This document shows positions 8,561 to 18,132 of a stretch of DNA of 64,000 bases, piece after piece. Below the pieces are notes generated by a model. The model made no database searches, was not told where the DNA came from, and saw nothing but the letters and a program-made list of their open reading frames with translations. Source of the DNA: Flavobacteriales bacterium (GTDB taxonomy: Bacteria > Bacteroidota > Bacteroidia > Flavobacteriales_D > Crocinitomicaceae); the NCBI GenBank assembly GCA_947474675.1, contig CANJKA010000004.1, forward strand, positions 4,442 through 68,441, in the 5' to 3' direction. Both the position numbers and the translations under genes were made by a program. How positions within the stretch are numbered: the first letter of the stretch is position 1; every line of letters starts with the position of its first letter.

Positions 8561-9768
8561 CCTATAATTAATTTTACCGATTTCTTAACTGCTGCAACAA
8601 CTGTATCTACTTGTTCATCGTTTAAATCGAAATAAACAGGTAAAGTTATTTCATTGTAATATTTATTCCAAGCCTCAGGATAATCGACCATTTTATATCC
8701 TAAATTCATATAAGCTGTTAAAATCGGCAAAGGTAAAAAATGAACATTTACAGCAACTTCACAATCAAAAATCGCCTGAATTAATGCATCTCTTTGCTCT
8801 TCAGATACATCTTTAAATCGCAATTGATATAAATGATAACACGTTTCTTTTTTACCAGTCTTATACAATGGTAATATAGCCCAAGATTCATTTTTAAAAG
8901 CTTCATCATATTTATTAAATATGATTTTTCTTCTATCCATATTTTCTTGATAACGACTCAACTCTACTAAACCAATTGCCGCAGAAATATCAGTCATATT
9001 ACATTTATAACCAGGTTCAGTTACATCGTATTTCCAATTTCCTTTTAGCGTTTTAGATAATGCATCTTTTGATTGACCATGCAATGTTTTAATGCACAAT
9101 TCTTTATAAATAGCTTCATGATCGAAGCTATCAGGTAAATTTACAGACATTGCTCCACCTTCTGCAGTCGTAATGTTTTTTACAGCATGAAAAGAAAAAC
9201 AGGTTATATCTGCGACACTTCCAATTCGTTTTCCATTGTATAAAGCTCCAAAACTATGTGCCGAATCAGAAGCTATAAGAATTCTACCTAATTGCTTTTG
9301 AAAATCACTATTTGGAGTAAATTGTTTTAAAATAGACTCTTCATTGATTAATGAAAATAACTCATCATAATCACATGGATATCCAGCAATATCAACAGGC
9401 ATAATCGCTTTAGTTCGAGGTGTAATTGCTTTTCGAACAGCCTCAACACTTAAATTGAAATCTTCATTGTTCAAATCTACCATAACTGGTATTGCACCAA
9501 TATTAAGTATCACATTTGCACTTGCACAATATGTATAAGCTGGTAAAATAACCTCATCTCCCTCACCAATCCCCCACCAATGTAAAATTAATTCCATTGC
9601 CGCTGTCCAAGAAGTAACAGCAACAGTAGTTTTACATCCGCAGTATTCAGTAATCTTTTTCTCGAATTCTTTCGTTCGTGAACCAGTAGTAATCCAACCG
9701 CTTTTTAAAACAGCTGTTACTTCATCAATCACACGTTGATCAATACGAGGAGGTGAAAATGAAATCAT
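8557..9768 (-). CDS. DegT/DnrJ/EryC1/StrS-family sugar aminotransferase (PglE/WcfR-like)
   Basis: 403 aa with a PLP-lysine region SFHAVKNITTAEGG. Has a 4-nt overlap with the downstream transferase. Confidence 0.85.
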   Translation of the reverse strand: MISFSPPRIDQRVIDEVTAVLKSGWITTGSRTKEFEKKITEYCGCKTTVAVTSWTAAMELILHWWGIGEGDEVILPAYTYCASANVILNIGAIPVMVDLNNEDFNLSVEAVRKAITPRTKAIMPVDIAGYPCDYDELFSLINEESILKQFTPNSDFQKQLGRILIASDSAHSFGALYNGKRIGSVADITCFSFHAVKNITTAEGGAMSVNLPDSFDHEAIYKELCIKTLHGQSKDALSKTLKGNWKYDVTEPGYKCNMTDISAAIGLVELSRYQENMDRRKIIFNKYDEAFKNESWAILPLYKTGKKETCYHLYQLRFKDVSEEQRDALIQAIFDCEVAVNVHFLPLPILTAYMNLGYKMVDYPEAWNKYYNEITLPVYFDLNDEQVDTVVAAVKKSVKLIIG

Positions 9769-9877
9769 AAATTTGGTTTGCTCTTTTATTGATTGTGAAG
9801 TTAGGTATTATTCTTTTAAATCCAAGTGAAAACAGACTAAATTTATAAATTGAGTTAAAGCACTCGAACGAATACAA

Positions 9878-10891
9878 TTATCTAGACAAACTTTTCTGAT
9901 TATTTGAAGGAGTTTTTTTAAGAATAAAAAAATGAATAATCCCTAAGAAATATCCAATACCATAGCTTAAATGAAGAATAGGAAATGTTTTAAACACCCC
10001 TAAAAAATCTATAAAAGTTGATGCTTTTTTTATTGAAAAATGAATTCCTAAAAGGAAATAAAAAATTATTCCACTAAAAAAAACTGAAAAAACTGAAATT
10101 GAAACAAAAAATAAAATCGGTAATAAAAATAAATACAAAACAAACAATGGAGGAATCAATTGTCTAATTGTAGTTACTTCTCTATGTTTTTTATTTACAT
10201 AAACTTTCCAATATCCATATTGAAAAAACTGCTTAAACAAACTTCTGTAGTTTCCTCTGACATAATACTTTAAAGATATTGATTTTTCAAACCAAATTTT
10301 ACCTGAAGCTTTTGTAACACGGAAATTAAAATCATCATCCTGATTTCTTATTAATTCTTCATCAAAATATCCTATTTTATCAAATACAAATGCTGGATAC
10401 ATAGGGGTGCCAACAGTATCAGTATAACCTGATTGTACTAAGGTTCTGAAATTTCCTAGCCCCATACCAAAGCTAGTTGACATAGCTTTTGAAATAATTT
10501 CACCTGTTTTGTTGATGTAAAAATTTTCAACATTCCCTCCAACACACCATACAGATGAATCTTTTAAGAATATAGAAATTGATTCTGATAAATAATTATT
10601 ACTCAATATTTGCCTTGCCCCAACAATTTGATAATAATCTGCTTTGCAAAAATGAATTCCTAAATTAAAGGCAAATGGTGTTAATTGTTGAGGATTATCC
10701 ACCAAATATAAATTTTTATATTGCGGTATTATACGTTGAACAATTTCCCGAGTACCATCATCACTCAAACCGTCAACAACAATCACGTTCAATTGATGTA
10801 AATCATCTAAAACATTTAAATAAACCGATGAAATACATTCTTCAATAAATTCATGTTCATTTCGACAAGGAATTACAACTGAAATAATCAT
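9878..10891 (-). CDS. Glycosyltransferase family 2 with C-terminal TM segments (ExoA-like)
   Basis: N-terminal VVIPCRNE and DG.SDDGT motifs typical of GT2, followed by a hydrophobic C-terminus. Confidence 0.85.
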   Translation of the reverse strand: MIISVVIPCRNEHEFIEECISSVYLNVLDDLHQLNVIVVDGLSDDGTREIVQRIIPQYKNLYLVDNPQQLTPFAFNLGIHFCKADYYQIVGARQILSNNYLSESISIFLKDSSVWCVGGNVENFYINKTGEIISKAMSTSFGMGLGNFRTLVQSGYTDTVGTPMYPAFVFDKIGYFDEELIRNQDDDFNFRVTKASGKIWFEKSISLKYYVRGNYRSLFKQFFQYGYWKVYVNKKHREVTTIRQLIPPLFVLYLFLLPILFFVSISVFSVFFSGIIFYFLLGIHFSIKKASTFIDFLGVFKTFPILHLSYGIGYFLGIIHFFILKKTPSNNQKSLSR

Positions 10892-10893
10892 TT

Positions 10894-11799
10894 CTAGTTA
10901 TTAATTTTTTTCGCAGGAACACCCGCAACCACATCATTATCAGATACATTCTTGAGAACTACACTACCCATTCCAATTAAAGCATTGTTTCCTATTTCTA
11001 ATTTTTGTTTTATAGCAGAACAAGGAGACACCCAGGTGTTTTTTCCAATCTTTACGCTACCTGCAATCATAGCGTGTGCAATAATTAAACTGTTCTCTCC
11101 AATATGAACACCATGAGCAATATGGACTAAATTATCAACTTTGACTTCTCGTTCTAAAATAGTAGAACCAATTACTGCACGGTCAATACAAACATTATTT
11201 CCTATTTCAACAGATTCTTTTAAAACTACATTTCCAATGTGTGGAATCAATTCATATAAACCATCCTCATTAGGCTCATACCCAAATCCAACACCGCCAA
11301 TAGTACAATTAGAACCTATTTTAACATTGTTATTAATTATTGTTCCTGCTTTAATAACAGAATTTGCACCAATAATAACTTTAGAACCTATTTTTACGTT
11401 TTCCTCTATCACTACATTAGGACCTATAATCACATCATTAGATAAAAACAAAACCGTTTCATCAATTATTGAACTAATATGAATAACTCCAAACAAGGGT
11501 TGTTTAATAAAAAAACGACCTAAAACTTCAGCAAAAACAAGCCTTGGATTAGAAACAACAATTCTATTAAACTGAGAATCTCCACCTTTGATAAGCAACT
11601 CTTCTTCCGTTTTTTTAGATATTAAAACAGTACCTGAATTAATATTATCAAGCAATTGGATATTCTTATCAGAACACCATCCTAAGCTGTTCTTATCAAA
11701 AGATAAATCATCAATACTTTTAATTAAAAGAATTGGGTTCTCTTCATTAAAATGGTATGATAGTGGATTTATAAAATCAATTATTTGCCTAATATCCAT
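10894..11799 (-). CDS. LpxD-like left-handed beta-helix N-acyltransferase (paralog in a polysaccharide locus)
   Basis: Hexapeptide repeats with HIAHGVHIGENSLIIAHAMIAGSVKIG, closely resembling the LpxD catalytic-His region, plus an LpxD-like N-terminal domain. Lacks the C-terminal helical extension. Confidence 0.7.
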   Translation of the reverse strand: MDIRQIIDFINPLSYHFNEENPILLIKSIDDLSFDKNSLGWCSDKNIQLLDNINSGTVLISKKTEEELLIKGGDSQFNRIVVSNPRLVFAEVLGRFFIKQPLFGVIHISSIIDETVLFLSNDVIIGPNVVIEENVKIGSKVIIGANSVIKAGTIINNNVKIGSNCTIGGVGFGYEPNEDGLYELIPHIGNVVLKESVEIGNNVCIDRAVIGSTILEREVKVDNLVHIAHGVHIGENSLIIAHAMIAGSVKIGKNTWVSPCSAIKQKLEIGNNALIGMGSVVLKNVSDNDVVAGVPAKKINN

Positions 11800-11803
11800 A
11801 AAT

Positions 11804-12442
11804 TTATTTAATTATCCATCGGACTAATTCAAAAGCTTCAGCATATTTTGCTCCAATTTGAACCCCTCTAATTCTTGCCAAAGATCTTAAAAAATCTTCA
11901 TCTGAATAGGGCCGGTGAGCTTGAGATTGATATGCTTGTAAAGCCTTTACTTTTGTTTGAACATTTTCTTCTGACAAATGAATAAAACTAGATGTTTGAA
12001 AAGAAAAGTTATTCCAAGGTAATTCATACGTCAAAATACTATTAAATTTGAATGCTCTCATCCCCTCTTCTGCAATAGTTTTATGATCTTGATGAACATC
12101 GGTTAAAGTTGGCATAAATATTAAATCTGGTTGAATATCAGCTTTCAATCTAATTAAATCATCTAAAATATCTTGTCTTCTATATCCAAATGTTCTTACA
12201 TCATAGTCAAACAAAATTAAATTCGAAGGTTTAACTCCAAGTATTCCAGTTGCTTCTTTTACTTCTGTAATTAATATATCAGAAGGAAATTGAGGTAAAA
12301 CCGATTGCTGACACGCAGAAAAAGCCGCATAATAAACATCATGCCCCTCTTCCAAAAATTTTGCAATTGAACCACCACAACCAAACTCACCATCATCTGT
12401 ATGAGGTGCTAAAACTAAAATTCTTTTTTTTTGACTAAACAT
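11804..12442 (-). CDS. PIG-L/LmbE family N-acetyl-sugar deacetylase
   Basis: Motifs APHTDDGEFGCGG and HQDH. Confidence 0.85.
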   Translation of the reverse strand: MFSQKKRILVLAPHTDDGEFGCGGSIAKFLEEGHDVYYAAFSACQQSVLPQFPSDILITEVKEATGILGVKPSNLILFDYDVRTFGYRRQDILDDLIRLKADIQPDLIFMPTLTDVHQDHKTIAEEGMRAFKFNSILTYELPWNNFSFQTSSFIHLSEENVQTKVKALQAYQSQAHRPYSDEDFLRSLARIRGVQIGAKYAEAFELVRWIIK

Positions 12443-12477
12443 CTGGTAAAATTTATGCTGTAAAGTTACTATTATAT

Positions 12478-13746
12478 TTAATGAGACAATCTTTTAACGA
12501 CTGTTCTTGAATGATTATTCTTAATATGTAAAACTAATAAACAAATCCAAAAGGTATAAAAAACAATTCCACTTCTATTCTGTAACATTGATTCAAACAA
12601 TGAATTAAAAAACAAACTTCCTGTAATAATTATTAGTAACCAATTTTTAAATTTATAACCATAATAAAAAGAAGTAACTATTATGGAAAATAAAATAAAC
12701 ATCCCGAAAATGCCAATCTCAACTCCAGTTTGGAAAAACTGATTATGTGGATTATAATTGTGGTGAACTAATTTATCTTGTTTCAATCGAATTAATTCTT
12801 TCCCTAAATATTCATCTACATTTCCTGTTCCTACTCCAAAAGGAAAATTTCTTATTGTTTTAGCTGAAGCTGTCCACATTACAATTCTAACCTCACTACC
12901 TGACATAGGATAAACCCTCGATTCCACAAATGTTTCCGGGCTATTCAAATAAATTTCTGCATACCCTTCAGCTGCACCCCACTCCCCTTCTAATGAAGGA
13001 ATCATTTTAATAGTAAAGAAACCCATTAAAGGCAATGCAACAATAGATATATAAAATACTATTTTTCCGAATTTCATTTTGATATAATAGATAAAAGCTA
13101 AAATGATAGTCATCAATAAAAATAAAATACCTGAAAGACTTAGTAAAAATCCTTGTAATAGTAAACTGAAAATGGTAAAAGGAATTATCCAATAAAGCGA
13201 AAAAAATCTTATTTTTTCCTTCCAACCTATAAAAAGGATGATTATACATATAAGTATATAAGCTGAAAAATAAGTTGGATGATGCAAAGGTGAAATAAAA
13301 GAGGAAGTCAAGGTTGCAGTTATACCATCTGGATATACTTGTCCATTATGAAGTAAACCATATATTACACTATATATTGAAGCAACTACAACTCCGAAAA
13401 CGAAACCAGTATATAACCAATTCAATGACCATTTAACTTTGAAATTTAAAGAGAATAGAATCGGTAAAATAATAAATGACAACTTATTTTCAACATATTT
13501 CATTGCCTGAACTTCATTATGGGTATATATAACCCCTACTAAATAAGCAAAATAAAAAAGAATAAAAAGAACCCCAACGGTATTCAATTTAAATTTCACT
13601 TCATTTTTTATAAATCCAAAAACAATAACACTTATTAATAAAATAAAAAAAACAGGTACTAATTTGGGAAATAGAACCAACCCAAAAGAAAAAACGCCTA
13701 AACATTTTTCAAATAATTGAATGAAACTATTTTCTTTTACTATCAT
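12478..13746 (-). CDS. O-antigen polymerase/ligase family membrane protein (Wzy_C domain) #1
   Basis: 422-aa polytopic protein. The HHNYNPHNQFFQTGVEIGIFG motif fits the Wzy_C/O-antigen ligase family. Confidence 0.8.
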   Translation of the reverse strand: MIVKENSFIQLFEKCLGVFSFGLVLFPKLVPVFFILLISVIVFGFIKNEVKFKLNTVGVLFILFYFAYLVGVIYTHNEVQAMKYVENKLSFIILPILFSLNFKVKWSLNWLYTGFVFGVVVASIYSVIYGLLHNGQVYPDGITATLTSSFISPLHHPTYFSAYILICIIILFIGWKEKIRFFSLYWIIPFTIFSLLLQGFLLSLSGILFLLMTIILAFIYYIKMKFGKIVFYISIVALPLMGFFTIKMIPSLEGEWGAAEGYAEIYLNSPETFVESRVYPMSGSEVRIVMWTASAKTIRNFPFGVGTGNVDEYLGKELIRLKQDKLVHHNYNPHNQFFQTGVEIGIFGMFILFSIIVTSFYYGYKFKNWLLIIITGSLFFNSLFESMLQNRSGIVFYTFWICLLVLHIKNNHSRTVVKRLSH

Positions 13747-14759
13747 TTTGAGGCTAAATTATATAATTCAATAAATCTGTTAGTACAAAATTCTCTTGAT
13801 GCTTTCCCCTCAACCAACTGTCTATTTATTAAGCTACTTTGTTCTGAATTAATAAGTAATGCCGAAAATATTGGGTTTTCATTAATAACTTCAATTATAC
13901 CATTTTCTCTGTTTTTTATCCATTCATAAGAAACTTGAATGTCTGACAATATCGGAATGCAACCTGCTGACATAGCTTCTAAAACACTAACTGAAGTCCC
14001 GTCAGATTTCGGTATCGAAATGTAAATTTTAGATTTCGAATACCATCTCTTATTATCCTCTGGTAAAAGCCATCCAACAAATTCAACTTTATCATTTATC
14101 CCTAAATCAATTACTAATTGTTTTAATTTAGAAGTTTGATCGCCTTCTCCGCCAATTACAAGTTTCCAAGTTGGATTTGTTTTAGAAAAATCTGAAAAAT
14201 AATGAATGATTTTATCTATTCTATAAAGCTCTTTATGAAGACGGTTCGAATATATAATATTCTCTTTTACATCAGGTTCAATCATTTCAATTCCATATTG
14301 AAGTAACTCATAATTAGAATCTGACAATGCTTTCATACTGTCAATCATAATAGTAGCGTCCGCTGAAATAACAAAAGACCTTTGAATCGTTTTCTTTGTT
14401 AAATATTTGAAGAGAAAATTTTTATTAGGGACTATTAAAACATCACTTCCCCAAGCAGTTGAGACAATTGGGAGATTTAATTTTGAAGCTGCTCTTGTTG
14501 TAAAAAAGGCCAATCTATTTAATTGATGAACGTGAATAACTGAGGGTTTTAAATCTTTTAAAAAAGCCTTTAATTTAAAATAATTAATAATAATAGTAAT
14601 AGGATTTAAACTTCTAAAAGAAATCAATTTTTCAGATTCAACATGTGGAAATTGACAAATCTCTTCAGAAAGTAGAAAAATAGATTTTTCTTTTAAAAAT
14701 AAGTTTTCAATAAAAGAAGACACGTGAATAGACTTTGAACCTACAATTAATATTTTCAT
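13743..14759 (-). CDS. Glycosyltransferase family 4 (GT-B)
   Basis: 338 aa with the C-terminal E-x7-E-type motif SVSVLEAMSAGCIPILS. Confidence 0.85.
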   Translation of the reverse strand: MKILIVGSKSIHVSSFIENLFLKEKSIFLLSEEICQFPHVESEKLISFRSLNPITIIINYFKLKAFLKDLKPSVIHVHQLNRLAFFTTRAASKLNLPIVSTAWGSDVLIVPNKNFLFKYLTKKTIQRSFVISADATIMIDSMKALSDSNYELLQYGIEMIEPDVKENIIYSNRLHKELYRIDKIIHYFSDFSKTNPTWKLVIGGEGDQTSKLKQLVIDLGINDKVEFVGWLLPEDNKRWYSKSKIYISIPKSDGTSVSVLEAMSAGCIPILSDIQVSYEWIKNRENGIIEVINENPIFSALLINSEQSSLINRQLVEGKASREFCTNRFIELYNLASK

Positions 14760-15988
14760 TTCGAAATCAGATTATTAATTAAAGTTTTCAATTTTTGAAC
14801 TTGATTTCTTCTATGCAAACTCTCTACTTGACTTGTAGAAGCAACATCAAAAACACCTTCTGTTTTATCTTTTATGATTTTCTTTATAGCATCCACTATT
14901 TCATCTATATCATTAAATTCTGCTAAATAGCCACAATTCAATTCTTTAATTAAATCAAAGGCAACATCTTTTTTATCTAACATCGCAAATATTGGTCGTT
15001 GAACTGAAATATAATCAAATAATTTTCCAGAATAAATACCTTTCCTACCATTATTAGGAATAAATAAAACATTAACATCCATCTTTTGCATTTTCAATAT
15101 GGCTTGTTCATAAGGTAAATGTGGAAAAATGTGAACTTTATTTTTAAGTTTAGTTGGAATATTAAAGTTTTTATGTGCACCATAAACTTCAAATTGAAAA
15201 TCAAATTCAGGAACACTTAAAAGAATTTTCATTAATGCTTCAAAAAACAAATCTGGTTTTACAGCACCATAAAAACTACCGAAAAAACCAAATGTAAAAG
15301 TAGAATTATTTAAAGAATTTTGATTTTGATTTACTAATAAATGATTGTATCCATTTCTCACTTCTTCGAAAAGGGAAACCTTAGGACAAATTAATTTAAA
15401 ATCATTTAAAATTGGTTCACTTACTGAAGTTATAGCTGAAGCATATTTATTCACTAAATTCTCAATATTATGCAAATTTGATTTAGTAATTCCATCAATA
15501 GTAGGATTTGTACTCATCTCATCTCTCATGTCAGCAATCCAAGGTACAGAAGAATGAATTTGACAAAATTCGGATGCTACAACATGTGATTCACTCGGAG
15601 AAAATGAACTAATGATCAAATCAAATGGCTCCTTTTCATGAATTCCTTTTAAATCAAATAAGGTATCATTCTTCCAACTATTTAATGGTGATTTAATAAC
15701 TTTTTTTAATAAAATTCTTAAAACAGTTTTAAAATTATGAATGATTTTGAAATCTTTTTGATTGCTTTTTAACTTATTAAATAAATTATTAGACATAATG
15801 TAATGTACAATTAAAGATTTGCTTTTTTTTATAGTCTCTTTTTTATCTCCTAAACAAAAAACTTCAACCGTAAAATCCTCTGACAGATAATTAGCAAATG
15901 AATCCATTCTACTTACTGCTATGCCTGTAATAGGTGGGTACCAGGTCGTAATTAATGCAATCCTTTTATTTGATTTTTGAGAATTCAT
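14756..15988 (-). CDS. Glycosyltransferase (GT-B, GT4-like)
   Basis: 410 aa with N-terminal RIALITTWYPP and a two-Rossmann-domain layout. Operon position lies between other GTs. Confidence 0.7.
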   Translation of the reverse strand: MNSQKSNKRIALITTWYPPITGIAVSRMDSFANYLSEDFTVEVFCLGDKKETIKKSKSLIVHYIMSNNLFNKLKSNQKDFKIIHNFKTVLRILLKKVIKSPLNSWKNDTLFDLKGIHEKEPFDLIISSFSPSESHVVASEFCQIHSSVPWIADMRDEMSTNPTIDGITKSNLHNIENLVNKYASAITSVSEPILNDFKLICPKVSLFEEVRNGYNHLLVNQNQNSLNNSTFTFGFFGSFYGAVKPDLFFEALMKILLSVPEFDFQFEVYGAHKNFNIPTKLKNKVHIFPHLPYEQAILKMQKMDVNVLFIPNNGRKGIYSGKLFDYISVQRPIFAMLDKKDVAFDLIKELNCGYLAEFNDIDEIVDAIKKIIKDKTEGVFDVASTSQVESLHRRNQVQKLKTLINNLISK

Positions 15989-16880
15989 TCAATACATTTA
16001 TATAATTACCAATTATTTTTTCTTTGTTAAAATTATCTTGAATATACGAATAATTAGAGTCATTTGGCGTAAAGTTACGTTCTGTAATTTTGTAAACCAA
16101 ATCATTCATTACTGAAATTAATTCAGTAGAATTGGTTGCTAAATAAGACTTCTCACTAGGGTAACTCCAAATAACTTCACAACCATTGCCTAATGCTTCA
16201 TATACTGAAACTGAATTACCATCATGCTTGGTTAATCTAACAAAAATAGATGTTTCTCTCATTAATTTATTTACAACAACTTCATCAACCCAACCATGAA
16301 ATTTAATATTAGAAACACAAGCTAATCCGTCTCCATCAGAACCAATAATATTGAAATCAATCTCAGGAATTTTTTTAGCAGCTAACAATAAATCATCATA
16401 TCCATAAAAAGATTCTCTACCTTTTCCTATATAAGATAAAACGGAGTTTTTTTTATAATTAGTTTCATTTTTAAGGAAATTAAAATGTTTAAAGTTAACA
16501 AGTTTAACCGAATTTATAAAAGTATCTAAATCTTTTTTAAGCCAAATCGCATCCGTAAAATGTAAGGCATTATCAATGTATTTTCTATTAATGGTGTTAT
16601 TATTAAATCGTTCTACAGCCAAACTTACATCAGTACCTTGCCACTGCATCACTAGTTTTTTTTTAAACTTTAACACCCAATTTAATGAGCCACTATTATC
16701 AGAAACGCCATTAAACGAAATAACAATTTTAGAAAAAGGTATTAAAGCAAAAAATTTAATTTTATCCCATAAAGAATAATAAGTATCCGCAAAAACATAC
16801 GTATTATTTTTATCTAAAGAATTTAAATCTTTGACAAGCCTTTTAGAAAATAAGGGTAATCCATTAACCAATACTAACAT
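15966..16880 (-). CDS. Glycosyltransferase (compact GT4-like)
   Basis: 304 aa with the C-terminal motif NSVSVYEALGNGCEVIW. Confidence 0.65.
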   Translation of the reverse strand: MLVLVNGLPLFSKRLVKDLNSLDKNNTYVFADTYYSLWDKIKFFALIPFSKIVISFNGVSDNSGSLNWVLKFKKKLVMQWQGTDVSLAVERFNNNTINRKYIDNALHFTDAIWLKKDLDTFINSVKLVNFKHFNFLKNETNYKKNSVLSYIGKGRESFYGYDDLLLAAKKIPEIDFNIIGSDGDGLACVSNIKFHGWVDEVVVNKLMRETSIFVRLTKHDGNSVSVYEALGNGCEVIWSYPSEKSYLATNSTELISVMNDLVYKITERNFTPNDSNYSYIQDNFNKEKIIGNYINVLNEFSKIK

Positions 16881-18132
16881 CGTGCTTTTTAATTAATTGA
16901 ATATACCAAGTTAGTAACATTATGTAATAAACACTAAATAATATGCTATATATTAAAAGAGAAGTATAAATTCCAAGTTTATTATAAGCTCCAATATATA
17001 TACCTATTAATCCTAATGAATATCCAAAAACACTCATCAAGAATGCCTTTTTCTGTTTTTTAAACAAAATAGGCAAACCTGAAATCGGAGAAACAATAAA
17101 CATAAAAAACAAAATAGGTAAGTTACACTTAGCCATTTCCCCAGCCAATCCATAATCTATAAATTTTGTACCAAAAAAGATAGAAAACATAATTGGAGCA
17201 AAGAAAAACAATATAATAATAAAAGGAATTGCAAATATAATTGTTGTCTTAAGCGTTTGTTTTAAAAATGGCATAACTAATTTCCCGTCATTTATAGCTT
17301 TACTGACTTCAACATAAAACATTTGAGAAACAGAACTTGTTATTAAAATAACTGGAGCTTTGACATACTTATTCATTTGAGTAAATAAACCTAAATTATC
17401 ATCTCCGAAAAATGTAGAAATAATCCAAAATAAAACTACTTGAGTCGCAAAAATATCCGTAAAAGCATGTAAAGAATTAATCAGAGGGAAATCTTTGTAA
17501 TTTATTAAAACATCCATAACAACAGATTTATTAAATCGATTTTTATTCCAACTTATTTTCTCTTTAAACAAAATATAAACAACAGGAATAAATTGTGATA
17601 AAAGCCAAGCTATCAATAAACCGTGTACACCAAAACCAATATATCCAAAATAAAGGGCTCCAAAATTATTAATGATTGACTGTAAAATTTTAATAGATGA
17701 AAGAACTCGGTATTCTTTATTTCTTAAAATCCAATTATTTGTCACACCTAACAAACCAAAACTTAAAACACAAATCGGTACATAAAAGAGATAATTTGGC
17801 AATTTTTGATCATTATAAAAATCACCTATTGATGATGAAAAAATATAAACAATCAAACTAATTATAGTTACTAATGCCGTAAATAGTAAAGCCGTAAAAA
17901 GTATATCTTGTGCTTTATTCTTTTCTTTCGGTAAAGGAATGGCTAACTCCAATCTTCCGCAAGAAACGATACCAAAAAGTGTAGAAAGTGCTAACACATT
18001 TGAAAACAACCCGAATTCCGTTGGTAAATAAATCCTTGTTAGAAAAGATGCTACCACAAACGGAATCAATTGACTAATAGTGTTACCAGTCAACAGTGTA
18101 ATAAAGTTTTTTACAAATTTTTTATCTGACAC
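16864..18132 (-). CDS. Wzx-type oligosaccharide flippase (polysaccharide biosynthesis protein family)
   Basis: 422 aa with about 12 TM segments. N-terminus FVKNFITLLTGNTISQLIPFVV is typical of Wzx/MOP flippases. Confidence 0.85.
   Translation of the reverse strand: MSDKKFVKNFITLLTGNTISQLIPFVVASFLTRIYLPTEFGLFSNVLALSTLFGIVSCGRLELAIPLPKEKNKAQDILFTALLFTALVTIISLIVYIFSSSIGDFYNDQKLPNYLFYVPICVLSFGLLGVTNNWILRNKEYRVLSSIKILQSIINNFGALYFGYIGFGVHGLLIAWLLSQFIPVVYILFKEKISWNKNRFNKSVVMDVLINYKDFPLINSLHAFTDIFATQVVLFWIISTFFGDDNLGLFTQMNKYVKAPVILITSSVSQMFYVEVSKAINDGKLVMPFLKQTLKTTIIFAIPFIIILFFFAPIMFSIFFGTKFIDYGLAGEMAKCNLPILFFMFIVSPISGLPILFKKQKKAFLMSVFGYSLGLIGIYIGAYNKLGIYTSLLIYSILFSVYYIMLLTWYIQLIKKHDVSIG

Noticed and set aside
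11141-11482. 113-aa plus-strand ORF inside the LpxD-like gene, plus other internal or antisense ORFs (e.g. 13007-13249, 23247-23609, 54302-54583, 57087-57482, 60890-61153)
   Set aside because: All are nested within longer ORFs that carry clear family motifs. Their compositions are typical of out-of-frame or antisense reading of AT-rich genes.
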